Positions 12,612 through 23,786 of a stretch of DNA of 64,000 nucleotides are shown piece by piece. Within the stretch, counting starts at the first letter, position 1; each line of letters opens with the position of its first letter. This stretch comes from Hemiscyllium ocellatum (lineage: Eukaryota). The notes below the pieces were generated by a model. That model saw only the letters and a program-made list of their open reading frames with translations. It searched no databases and was not told the DNA's origin. The stretch is from contig NC_083429.1 of NCBI RefSeq assembly GCF_020745735.1, positions 50,263,877 through 50,327,876 of the forward strand, in the 5' to 3' direction. The translations under genes were made by a program, and so were the position numbers.

Positions 12612-12772
12612 CCTGTTGAGTGATATACCTGGCCTGGGAGTGTTTGATGGGGACAATGTAGAAGAAGGTTTACCCTGTATCTAACCCTGTGCTGTACCTG
12701 GCCCTGGGACTGTTTGATGGGGAGCATTGTAAAGGGTGTTTTACTCTGCATCTAATGCTGCGCTTCATCTTT
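12612..12772 (+). repeat. About 70-bp unit dispersed minisatellite family (about 2 units)
   Basis: tacctggccctgggagtgtttgatgggga...tgta...ttactctgcatctaa; reverse complement of the arrays at 35690-36400 and 41130-41345. Confidence 0.7.
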
Positions 12773-12801
12773 AGTTAATTTCCTTCTTGATTCCAACACA
12801 G

Positions 12802-13018
12802 ATTTTCTTTCACTACCAAAACCTCAGTGTGATAGCACAGGAAACCGTATTCTTCCCAAGACTGCAGTGGGTGGGTGACATTGGAAAAAGCAATGGCTCC
12901 ATTCTCATAACTGACGTGGAATGTAGCGACGAAGGCTACTTCACTTGTGATATGCGGATCCCTAGGTCATCCAGCAGCATCGAGAGGAGCAGAATTCACC
13001 TCAAGGTGTTGTGCGAAG
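12802..13018 (+). CDS. JAML: JAML-like coding exon 3 (Ig-V C-half: IFFHYQNLSVIAQETVFFPRLQWVGDIGKSNGSILITDVECSDEGYFTCDMRIPRSSSSIERSRIHLKVLCE)
   Basis: Acceptor ttccaacacag, donor G|gtaagt; D-x-G-x-[YF]-x-C F-strand motif; HYQNLSV resembles human JAML domain 1 YYSNLSV (recalled). Confidence 0.9.
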
Positions 13019-13029
13019 GTAAGTCAGAC

Positions 13030-13570
13030 CACATTCGGAATATTGTAACAGTTTTGGGGGCCTCTTATCCAAAGAAAGGAATACTGCCATTTGAAGTCGT
13101 CCAGAGAGGGTTCACTTGGTTGGTCCTGGGCATGGAGAGATTTCCTTTTGAGGGAAGATTGAGAAGGTTGGGCTTTTACTCATTGGAGTTTAGAAAAATG
13201 AGGGGAGACCTTATTAAAATATAGGATTCTTAGGGGTCTTGACAGGGTGAGATGCGAAGAGGTTGTTTCCCTTGTGGGTGAGTCTCGGAACAGAGGGCAC
13301 AATATCAGAGTAAGGGATCATCTATTTAAATCAAGAGAAAAGGATTTTTTTTTTCTCTGAGGGTGGTGAATCTGCAAAATTTATCATAGCGGGTTGTAGA
13401 GGTTTTGCAATTAAGTATATATAAGGCTGAGATGGATCAATTTTCAATCAGTGAAGGAATTAAGAATTAAGGTGAAAAGGCTGGAAAGTGGAGTTGAGGA
13501 TTATCAGAACAGCCATGATCTCATCGAATGCAGAGATGACTTGATTGGCTGGATGGCCTGCATCTTATGA
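13030..13570 (+). mobile_element. Degenerate CR1 3' fragment
   Basis: VQRGFTWLVLGMERFPFEGRLRRLGFYSLEFRKMRGDLIK remnant plus CR1 tail. Confidence 0.75.
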
Positions 13571-14129
13571 CCCAGTGAAATAAGATGCTGTACTTCTATA
13601 AATTGGGAATGATGAGAAAGTGGCTGCTTGGAATTAAATATGAAGTGATGTTGTCTGTTGGGATTGTATGTACTGAGTGCAAATGGGAACAAGTTTGGTC
13701 CACTGTGATTCAATCCTCTGGGAATTAATCGGAAAGAATTTATGTCATGGGTGTTTAATTAAAGTTTATCTCGCTGTTGTGTTAGTACTGAGTAAGTGGA
13801 TAATTATGTAAAACGTGTGTATTTGGCCTCCTGTTCACAATAGCCTCATCAATTAAATTAATGCATGAAAAATCCTGTGGTGTTCCCCATATTCTGACAC
13901 ACGCACACAGCTAATGGATGGAACTTTCCATAAACAAAGAGCAATCACAAAATCTGTCTTTGTATTAATAAGATTGCTAAACATCCAGAAAATTGAATGA
14001 AAAAGAAAGAACCCGCAATTTGTACAACTGTTGTATATCTTTTTAATATCCCAAAATGCTCATCCCAAATGGCTTCCCAGTGAATTCACTGATGTAATGT
14101 AAATAAAAATGGCCAACAATTAGCACATA

Positions 14130-14445
14130 AGATACTATAAAGAGCAATCAATTCATCCGATGTTGGTTGATGATTGGAACTTGATCAGGAAACTTTGAAA
14201 TGCTTTCAGTAATGTTATTGGTTATTGCACATTCAACAAAACAGTTAGGTTTAGCATGGCATCCACCCTTCTGACTGTGTAGCATTCCTTTCGCACTACG
14301 CTGATGTGTTTGTCCAGATTCCTCATTTAAATCCAAGATCAGGGCTTGAATCGATTTGGCAGTTGTTGGTGAGATTCTCCCCAAACGTGACAGACTTACT
14401 AATTTTCTGAAATGAATGCCTCTTTGGGCAGCGAGGCAGAGATTT
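14130..14445 (-). mobile_element. Deu-domain SINE
   Basis: Antisense match to 25590-26085 family. Confidence 0.45.
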
Positions 14446-14483
14446 TGCATTTAAATTTATCTGAACATTTCTATTTCCTTCAG

Positions 14484-14634
14484 ACAGCAATCGTTCACGG
14501 AGGTTAAGACCAACTATGTTAGTGGAACGAGTTCCAAAGAATATCATCATATATACAACAGCAGGTGTTTTCATCTTATTTGTTGCACTTATCGTTGGAA
14601 GCACATGGAAGAAATGGTCGATAAGAAATCAAAG
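14484..14634 (+). CDS. JAML: JAML-like coding exon 4 (stalk plus transmembrane: DSNRSRRLRPTMLVERVPKNIIIYTTAGVFILFVALIVGSTWKKWSIRNQR)
   Basis: Acceptor tttccttcag, phase 1 in and phase 2 out (AG|gtaaat); about 21-aa hydrophobic segment followed by WKKW. Confidence 0.85.
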
Positions 14635-14741
14635 GTAAATATTTTGAGGAGCAAGAATTTAAGTGAATTAAATTGTCATCTTCCTTTTCACACAGTGAAT
14701 AATTTTGATCTTTCTCCCCCATTCTCTGCATCAATAAGCAG

Positions 14742-14772
14742 AAGATATCCAAGAAGGCTTGAAGACTCTGAG
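14742..14772 (+). CDS. JAML: JAML-like coding exon 5 (31-nt micro-exon, RYPRRLEDSE)
   Basis: Pyrimidine tract tttctcccccattctct, tandem acceptors aagcagaag, donor GAG|gtaagg; converts phase 2 to phase 0 as required. Confidence 0.72.
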
Positions 14773-14894
14773 GTAAGGGACATTTTAACGTACAGTTTTT
14801 ATTCTAAACTTTTAACAATCCAGAATATTGAACATTTACTTATTTCTCAGTCACTAAAATTTGTGAATTATAGTCAACATGGATTCAGTGTTCA

Positions 14895-15168
14895 TAGTAT
14901 CGCTTCAGTGTGGAATCAGGCCTTTCAGCCCATCGAATTCACACCAACCTGCTGAAGAACATCCAACCCAGACCCACCCCCATTCCCCTACTCTATAACC
15001 CTGCATTTCCCATGCCCAATCCACCTAAGCTGCACATCTTTAGACTTTGGGGAGGAAACCAGAGCACCCAGAGGAAACCCATGCAGACACGGGGAGAATG
15101 TGCAAACTCCACACAGACAGTCTGTGTGTCCTTAGTGCTGTGAGGCAGCAGTGCTAACCACTGAGCTA
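14895..15168 (-). mobile_element. HE1-like SINE
   Basis: Antisense head gcagtgctaaccactgag and body cccagaggaaacccatgcagacacggggagaatgtgcaaactcc. Confidence 0.85.
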
Positions 15169-15824
15169 TTATAGTTCATCCAAAGCTTCTTCACAATTAG
15201 AGCAGCATTTACTGAAGTCTTACGTTTCCCAGCACAGTGTGAGAGTAATAGACCATTAGATGTAGGAGCTCAAATAGGTCATTCAGCACATCAAGTCTAC
15301 CCTACAATTCGAAGCGATCATGGCTGATCTGATAATCCTCAACACCACTTTCTTGCATTTCCTTTGTTCCCTTACCTAATGATCTGATTGAGATTGTATA
15401 CACTAATGGAGGGAATGAATTATACCTTAGTTGACAATTTGATCCAATTACATGGATTAGGGAGAACCAGGACTCTCAATTTTTCATTGTGTGAGGCTGG
15501 AGTGAAGTTAGATGTCAGGCGTTGGTCCTTTAATCAGGATACAGTGAACCTCTAGAACAGGATGGTGGCTTATGGGTTAGCACCCATTTTCTGAATTCTT
15601 TCCAGTGAGAACTGAATCTGTGGTTCAGACAGACATAACTTCTTACAAAATACATGTATTTCAAGGCATTCATGGTCTCAAAGGGTGGAAACAGAATGTC
15701 CCAAATATTCCTCCCCAGTACAGCTTAGGTTTTTAAATCTGGCTTCTTGCTTCTCCCAGGAGATGGCATGGCTTTTGGTGGGAAGGGATGGAGAGAGCTT
15801 TCACTTATAATCCTTCATTATGGG

Positions 15825-16200
15825 CAATGTCAACATTTATTATCCATCAAGATGGTGGCAAGCTGCCTTCCTGTCCCGTACGCATAGTGCTTCACCCATA
15901 GTGTTTCACCCATAGTGCTTCACCCATAGTGCTTCTCTGTAGTAGTTTGACCAACAGAATGGCCGGTTCAGAGGGCAGCTGAGGGTCAACCATATTACTG
16001 TGGGTCTGGAGTTACATGGAGGCCAGACTGAGTTGGGTGGCAGATTTCCACTTTTGAGGGTCATTAAATGAACCAGATGGCTTTTTGTCACAATCTGGCA
16101 GCTTCATGGTCATCATTACTGCCAAATATATTTTTATTCCAAATGTATTAAGCTACTTAATTACTTACTGTGACGGGTTTTGAACTTAGTTCTTCAGTGC
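15825..16200 (-). mobile_element. tRNA-derived SINE, second family, with internal 14-bp tandem repeat
   Basis: Antisense of 18290-18650 family; (catagtgcttcacc) about 3.7 copies at 15883-15934. Confidence 0.6.
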
Positions 16201-16673
16201 ATTAATCTAGATTAACAGTATCATGACCGAACAGGATACTCCTGTGTGGGCACATTGTGGGACATGTTAAATATTACTACTTCCACATCTGTGGGCTTCA
16301 TTCAGCTTCTATCCCAGGGCTAACCCTGTGAACAAACATAGAAAATAGGAGCAGGAGTGGGCCATTAGGCTTTTTGAGTCTGCTCCACCTTTCAGTACAA
16401 TCATATATTAACGCAGGAGCAGGAATGGGAGAGGATCTTCTTCAAACAGTGAGGAGATGAATTTTCAAATTCTGTCACAGTTGGAATCAGCAGCTCAATG
16501 ATGGATAATGACCCAGACAGTCACAACCCACACACACACTACCTTGACCCATAGCAGTATTGCAGAAACACAAGAGGGGATTGCAGGGGAGGGTATGGAC
16601 TTAAATTAGAAAATGAAGATGATGTGAAGATCCAGATCCAGCTGGTGAAATAAATTTGTTCAATTACCATCAG

Positions 16674-16790
16674 GACACCGAGCGCTACGTCACTGTGGCC
16701 AACCGAAACCCGCTTCAGATTGAGAGACAAAAGGAAGAAGTGATAAGTAAGGACTCAAAAACTGGTGAAGAGGAAACTTATGTAACAATG
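16674..16790 (+). CDS. JAML: JAML-like coding exon 6 (DTERYVTVANRNPLQ-IERQKEEVISKDSKTGEEETYVTM); acceptor either 16674 or 16719
   Basis: Donor ATG|gtaaga at 16791; two in-frame phase-0 acceptors; EETYVTM parallels human JAML EATYMTM (recalled). Confidence 0.78.
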
Positions 16791-17119
16791 GTAAGATTGT
16801 TGGGAGGTCAGGATATGACATTGCATGGTGTGCCTGATATCCATAGTCAGTGATGAATTACAGAAATATGGCAACATTTACAGCAGAGAGGGAGGTCATT
16901 TGGACCATCTTATCTGCATCAGTCACTGAAAAACTGCTCAGTCTAATTTAATCCTCAAGGTTCTGGTCCACAGCCTCAAACACTTTATGGGATCTCATGT
17001 GCCTCTCCAAGTCATTTTGTTTTGAGTACCATCAACCATTGGATACACAAATTGTGTAAGTCCATTCCAGTAACAGAAGGTGGCCAACAGACTCATCATT
17101 CTCTTGTGATCTCAATCCT

Positions 17120-17465
17120 TTCCACTCATCTTCCCAACATATCCCTCAATCCCACCCAATCACCTTTCCAATATATCTTTCAATCCCATCCACTCATCTT
17201 CCCAATATATCCCTCAATCCCACCCACTCATCTTCCCAACATATCTCTCAATCTCACCCAATCACCTTTCCAATATATCCCACAATCCCACCCACTCAAC
17301 CTTCCCAACATATCCATTAATCTCACCCATTAAACCTTCCCAATATATCCTTCAATTCCACCCACTCATTTTCCCAACATATCCCTCAATCCCACCCACT
17401 CATCTTCCCAACAAATCCCTCAATCCACCCATTCAACTTTCCCAACATATCCCTCAATCTTATTT
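17120..17465. repeat. C/A-rich minisatellite, about 31-33 bp unit, about 10 copies
   Basis: Repeats of cccactcatcttcccaacatatccctcaatc with variants; one strand nearly lacks G. Confidence 0.85.
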
Positions 17466-18081
17466 ATTTTCCCACCGTATCCTCACCAAATTCTTCAGCA
17501 CTTTTCTTTCTTGAAAAGTACAACTGATATTGAATGGTTGATGGCTTTCTGATCCATTTGGCAAGGTTAATGGAAACATGTGCTACAACTGAATACATCT
17601 TTTATGAGATGTTTCTGCTTATTCTCCACTCCATCACTTTTAACTTGAATGCACATTTAGATTTGAGTCATGTGACAGTGAACAATTTGTCCAGTTCAGT
17701 ACTGTTGCTCCTACTCTCAATCTCAAACATTTCATGGAAAAATGTTTTCCTTTCTTACCACCATTCTCACCTTCATTAGTAAAGCATTAATCCTAAATAA
17801 AATGAACTATTGTTATTGCTCAACCCTGTATTCTCTCACGCAAAAGTGTACCTCCTTAAATCTGGGATTCCCAATATGAAACCATCGGCACCTTCAGCAA
17901 TTCAAAACGGATCTCTTAGACACTGTTCTTGTTCATCTGTTGTGTATTTTTGGAGTTTGTGGAGATAGTTCCCAGGTGAACCACACTAACCATTTGGGAA
18001 CACTCAGAAAATTAGCCTGCTATTTGTAAATGATTGCTGCATATTTTGTACTTATCACTTTTTGTCTCTCTTTGTCTCCAG

Positions 18082-18210
18082 CGCTCAATTTTACAAGTAA
18101 AGACACCAGATGATCTTCCTAAACCTATAGTAGTCAATGCTCCTGTTCCCGGAAAACATCCCTGCCCAGCTTTGTCTATTGATTTTCAGGACAATCATCG
18201 GAAGTTTTGA
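18082..18210 (+). CDS. JAML: JAML-like terminal coding exon (RSILQVKTPDDLPKPIVVNAPVPGKHPCPALSIDFQDNHRKF*)
   Basis: Strong acceptor tctctctttgtctccag, phase 0, open frame to TGA 18208-18210; AATAAA candidates near 18398 and 18783-18803. Confidence 0.75.
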   Translation, partial: RSILQVKTPDDLPKPIVVNAPVPGKHPCPALSIDFQDNHRKF

Positions 18211-18289
18211 TACTTGTTTACAGCATTTATCTTGTTAACAGCAAAGACACACACAATTCGTCCGGACTAAGTCAGATAGTTCTGGTTTG

Positions 18290-18650
18290 ATGAAGATAGT
18301 GGCATTACGGTAATATTACTGGACTACTAATTCTGAGCCCCAGGATAAAATTCTGGGGATTTGTAGAACAGAGGATCTGGTGAAATTTAATACAGTTAAT
18401 AAACTCTGGAATATAAAGCCAGTCTTAGTAATAGTGGACAAGAAATTATCATCAATTGTTGTAAACCCCATCCAGTTCACTGATATGCATCAGGGAAGGA
18501 AATCTGCCATCCTTACCTGTCTGGCCTACATGTGACTCCAGACCCACAGCAATTTGGTTGACTATTAACTACTCTCTGAATGGTGGAGCAAGCCATTTAG
18601 TTCAAGACCGATGAGGGATGGGCCACACTTACATTGCATGAAAGAATAGG
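18290..18650 (+). mobile_element. tRNA-derived SINE, second family, about 80 bp after the JAML stop
   Basis: tagtggcattacggtaatattactggactac head; aggaaatctgccatccttacctg...gactccagacccacagcaa body; agggatggg tail. Confidence 0.65.
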
Positions 18651-20039
18651 GAGAAACAATATGGGGTGACTCAAATTCCTTCTGCAAGACTGGTTCCTGA
18701 ATTTCTGGTCATTGTCAAAACACTTTTGCATTAAAATGCACAATGCAAATTATAAAATTGTTATATTTTAATGTTTGTTTAAAAATAAAACTGAATTAAT
18801 AAATGTTCTATGTTGTGTTCTTTTCTCTAGTTCTGAATTATGATGTTAAGGAAATACCATTTTAGTGAAAAGCCCAGTGTCAAACATGTTCTGATTTTGT
18901 TTAAACGCTGGGGGACAAGATCAAAATGGGACATTTTATTCCTCATAATTCAAATGTGTCTCAGAGGCACTTCCTCCTTCTCTGCTCAAACCCCCATCGC
19001 CACAGTGCCATGATCTCCACCAGGGCAGGGCAAGGAGGCAACCCCTGAGACTACTACAGCTTGGACAGAGATTAAGACTCCTACTCTTGGTATGGACCAG
19101 ATCCACACCAGATACTGATCCAAGGTGTCTGAGTTACTGTGAATGTGCACGACCCCATGCATAGTGAAACCTCGGGCTATGATAGTGATGGCAAAGGCTC
19201 CAACTTTCTTTCCTGGAATTTCTCCCACTCTTACCACTACAATGTGGTGGAAGTATTGATATGTTGATGCTCAACCCTTTGACCATGCTATTAATGTGTT
19301 TTCCTTGGTGATCAGGCCCTGCATTGGGACTTGAACCCAGAGATTCTGGCTCCATGGCAGGGACTCTACAGCACAAGAGTTGCCCAGTGACACTTGATCA
19401 CCTGAACTCTGTTCCATTGAGATCCTGTAAACAAATCATAAGACCATAAAATGTAGGAGGTTGTGAAAAACACAATTTTTATGCAAACTTCTCTCAGAAC
19501 TAAATAATCTCTCCAACTGGATGAGTAGTTACAACTTTGAATGATCTGACTGCAATTCTTGATGTAAATCTGTAATGAATGCAAATTACCATACAACCAT
19601 AAAACGTAAGGGCAGAAATGCGTCATATATTTAGATCATGGCTGATCTAATAATCCTCAACTCTATTTCCCTGTCTTTTCCCTGAAACTATTGATTTCCC
19701 TTACTGATTAAAAATATCTTCCATCCTCGAATGTGGTTAACCACTCCGCCCTGACAACCTTCTGCAGTTGGGAGTTCCACAGATTGACTACCCTCTGCAC
19801 GAAAACAATTCTCTTTATCAGCATAGCAGTTTACTCATGAAGAGTGTGCCCATTGAACACTGTTTCATAGTGCAGCTTTAATCCTTGTGTGTCTGTGTTC
19901 AGAGCCTCAGAGAGGAAGTAATTACATTCGATCACAAAAACATAAAACACCAGAAATCCAGCAGCTTTGGCAGTCGGTTTGGAAAGAGAAACTGAGTTAA
20001 ATATTTGAGTGGGAGGGCTTTTTATTGGAATGATGGAAT

Positions 20040-20800
20040 TGCACTGGAAAAATTTGCATTTGTATAGCATCTCTCCTCATTCTGCGGATGTCTCAAATGC
20101 TTTAAAGGCAATGGGATTCTTCAGGCGTGTAATCACTTCTGTGATGTAGCTAATCTGAGCACAGCAAACTCCCACAAACAGTAATGTGGTAATGACCCAG
20201 GCTTGGAAAGGGTGGATGCTAGGAAATTGTTTCCGTTAGACGAGGAGACTAGGACCCGTGGACACGGCCTTAGAATTAGAGGAGGTAAATTCAAAACCGA
20301 AATGCGGAGACATTTCTTCAGCCAGAGAGCGGTGGGCCTGTGGAATTCATTGCAGCAGAGTGCAGTGGAGGCCAGGACGCTAAATGTCTTCAAGGCAGAG
20401 ATTGATAAGTTCGTGATGTCACAAGGAATTAAGGGCTACGGGGAGAATGCGGGTAAGTGGAGTTAAAATGCCCATCAGCCATGATTGAATGGCAGAATGG
20501 ACTCGATGGGCTGAATGGCCTTACTTCCACTCCTATGTCTTATGGTCTTATAATCTGTTTTCATGACGTTGCTTGAGGAATAAATATCAGGCACGGGAGG
20601 AACTGCTCTGACTTTCTTCAAATTAGTAACACATGATCTTCTACACTCACTGGAAAGGATAGACACAGCCTTTGTCTTAGGTCTCGATTTAAAGATGGCC
20701 CTTACAACATTGCGGTGCTCCCTTGGTACTGCACTAGGAATGTTAGACTTTACTTTGTGTTGAAATCCATGGGCTCCCAACCTGAGCCCCAGAACTCCTT
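20040..20800 (-). mobile_element. Deu-domain SINE interrupted by a CR1
   Basis: aaactcccacaaacagtaatgtggtaatgacccag resumes as ataatctgttttcatgacgttg after the CR1 insert. Confidence 0.55.
20200..20552 (+). mobile_element. CR1 3' end nested in Deu SINE
   Basis: ORF 20203-20466 (ERVDARKLFP...RHFFSQRAVGLWNSL) and cctatgtcttatggtcttat tail. Confidence 0.88.
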
Positions 20801-22439
20801 GACTCAGAAGCTGAAATACCTGGAACCACGTCCACTGATATCTGCCATCCTCTCTGCCCCAAAGCCTGGGAGAGGGGAGCGCACATAACTCCAATCATCA
20901 AAACCAGTCCTTTCAGGAGCATCCTGGACTGAGCAGTATTGCTCCTCTCTCAATGGATTGAATGTGGTGGCAGACCTCCAGGTGGTGGCAGCCTCCTGTG
21001 AGTGCATTTTTAAAACTGAACAATGGGGAAATACTCTGAAAACAATTAGCCCAACTCACAGTGGATAAATCACTGTACCCTGACCACGTATACCTTCAAT
21101 GGTTGAAAGAAATTCCTTGTAAAACATTGTAAATTGCGAGGTGAGAGCGGAGGATAATGAATGGAACATTCTTGTTCACACACAGATGAACCAGATAACT
21201 GCAGACTATTCAACCTAATGTCAGTTTTATGAAAGGATTTTTTGTGAACAAAATAATTAGCAAGTAGAAATGGATGGGTTAACCGAAAGTGGATTTATTA
21301 AAAGCAAGTCATGTTTGCCAAATTTTATAGATTTTTATGAAGTGGCGACTGATTGGCTGAATAAAGGGATTCTGGCTTGATATTTTTCAGATGTCCTTTA
21401 ATACAATCTCTCAGGAGTCATGTTACAAAAATTCTAGTGTCTATTTTTATTACAAAGGAAGGTGTGACAGCATGGATAGAAAGTGGGTTAAATGGAAATC
21501 AAGTGGACGAGAAAAGGGTGAATATGGTGCACCCCATGATCTACTTGTTCTCATGTTGTGCAGGTAATTTGCAATTTGTGCAGGGTCCGTGACATTGAGT
21601 AATAGAAAACTTGGAGAGTGTCAAGGACAATAAAATATGTTAATGATTTGGGCAAGCAAGAGGCAAATGCAGTTCCATGGGCAAGGTAAAACATTTTGAG
21701 CATTAATAAGGAGAAGGCAGTCAGTGGAAAGGTGATGAAGAGAGTGTGTGTGTGTTCACAAACAGAGAGGGATGCTGGAGGACAGGTATATACCTGAAGG
21801 TGTCAGAGCAGTAGATAAACATTTCCAAGACCAACACTTTTTTTTATAACTAGGATACATGCTGAAACAATAAAGGAGATGGTGATAAATTTGTAAAAGG
21901 GTGCAGTGTTCTGAAGCTTTGATCACCCTAAAACAGATTAGATATTGGCCAAATGTAATGACTCAACTGGGTTTTCGTTTTTAAATTGTGAGGACTTTGA
22001 TAGATTGAATGTGGAAGTGGCAGAAAGCAAAAGGAGAGTGGGAGGAGAGAGGGGGAATACAGTGGGGAGGTCAGGAAAGGGGAGAAGGGAGGGGAGAAAG
22101 AGGAAGAGGGAATAAAGAATGAGCAAGGCATGGATGGAAAGAGGAAGGGATGCAAACACAAACTGAGATTGATGTGTAATGGAACTAAAATACAAGATTT
22201 AGAGTAAAATGATAAACCTTAATAAAAATAGGGAAAAACATCATTCTGAATGGAAAGAAAATAAATAGGCAACTCATGTTTGAACAATTTTAATGTAAGA
22301 AAACACTTTACAGAGTATTTGCTTTATTGCCATTCGGCCCAATTAGTCTGTGCCAGTATTTAAACATCATTCCAGTCTCCTGTCACCCCTCTTCATGACA
22401 AACCTATCCTCTTCCTTTGTCCATCCTTCCCTTTAGATG

Positions 22440-22807
22440 CAGCCGTTGTAATGTGCCTGAAATGGTTAATATGCTGTTTATTCAAAGCCCAAATAACGGG
22501 ATAAAAACCGTGGATGGATAGCTCATTCTGGCGCCCAGCAACGAGGTTTTTTCTTTTTGCCCGTCTCCAAAAAAAAAGCGGCCCTAAATTTTGCAGATGC
22601 TGGAGCCCCGTCCGGTCTCTGCGCGCCTGTTTGTCACGGATCAGGACGGGTCCCCGACTCCTTTCGGCTGGTCCCCCAAGCCCACAATGTGAGCTCCTGC
22701 CCACAACACAGCTTTGCTCAGTCTTGCCAGCCAGCGCCCAGAACACCAGCAGAAGCAGCTCTCCCTCCTGCTCCTTCGCCCGGCTCTCCATCCCTTGCTA
22801 ATTCGCA
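22440..22807 (+). promoter_or_regulatory. CpG-rich promoter/5' UTR of SCN2B
   Basis: Local GC and CpG enrichment (gcgcgcc, ccgtccgg, gccagcgccc) in non-repeat DNA directly upstream of the ATG; TSS not determinable. Confidence 0.6.
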
Positions 22808-22886
22808 ATGAAACTCCACGTTAGCGCGGCTCCTTCTCCCCTGCACTCCTGTTTCCTGGGTCTTATGCTCCTGACCAGTAGTTCGG
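22808..22886 (+). CDS. SCN2B: SCN2B exon 1 (signal peptide MKLHVSAAPSPLHSCFLGLMLLTSSS)
   Basis: ATG in CpG-rich region, hydrophobic stretch, donor G|gtaagt, phase 1 joins exon 2 to give ...SSSVHFGAA-MEVTV. Confidence 0.78.
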
Positions 22887-23699
22887 GTAAGTTGTCATTG
22901 TATTTATTCAGCCCTGGATATTTCGTTTGGTTGGGGGGGTGGGGGGGTGTTGGAAGAAAGAGACAGAAATGGAGGGGGAAGAGAGAGAGGGTCGAGATTG
23001 AATCTGTAACCAGCCAAAAACGATAAGGTTGTCATTTTTTTTGTTCATTTAATAGCGAAATAAAAAGATGAAAAGATATGATCCAATATTGAATGTATGG
23101 ATTATGCTTCCCAGAGTGCAATCCCTTATCAGGTTCATATTATCTGTTTACATACTAAGTATATATTTTTGCACAGACTGTTATATATTGTACTTGTCAG
23201 GGCAAATTCTGCTGTTACTGATATGAATCAGATTGTGCATTCTTTAAAAAGAGATCCAGCTTTCAGGGTGAAATGGAATGCTTGCTCTTCCCCAGGTTGG
23301 TGACTGGGTGTGTCAAAATGTCCTCCCCATCAGATGTGTTTCCTCTGTGTTACATATCTTCACAGATCACAGGCCACATGACAGTGTACACAAAGCAGCG
23401 GCTAGTGGCTCTTCGGAGGTATCCCCAGCTCTCATTGTTTGTTTTGCTTCCACTAATGTTGACTCCAGAGTGGGAGGGAGTGTGGTGTTGATGGATAGAA
23501 TCTGTATCTTGGTGGATGGGGCAGGGTGCTGAACCTAAAATGTGAAGACGCTAGAAACACAGATCAGACCAGGTCAACATCTACATTGAGAAAGAGAGGA
23601 GAAAAGACAGATTAATGCCTGGGTTGACAGTGTTCCTCAGAACTGGTTCAACGACTGTACAAATCAGAATCAGGAATACGCCATTCAGCCCTTTGAGTC

Positions 23700-23786
23700 A
23701 AGATCATACTGGTGTTGGAAAAGTACAGCAGGTCAGGCAGCATCCAAGGAGCAGGAAAATCGATGTTTTGGGCAAAAGCCCTTCAT
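23700..23786 (-). mobile_element. Penelope-like family A terminal fragment, hammerhead decayed
   Basis: Minus strand CUGAUGA AGGGC UUUU GCCC AAAA CAUC (G12 lost). Confidence 0.75.
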
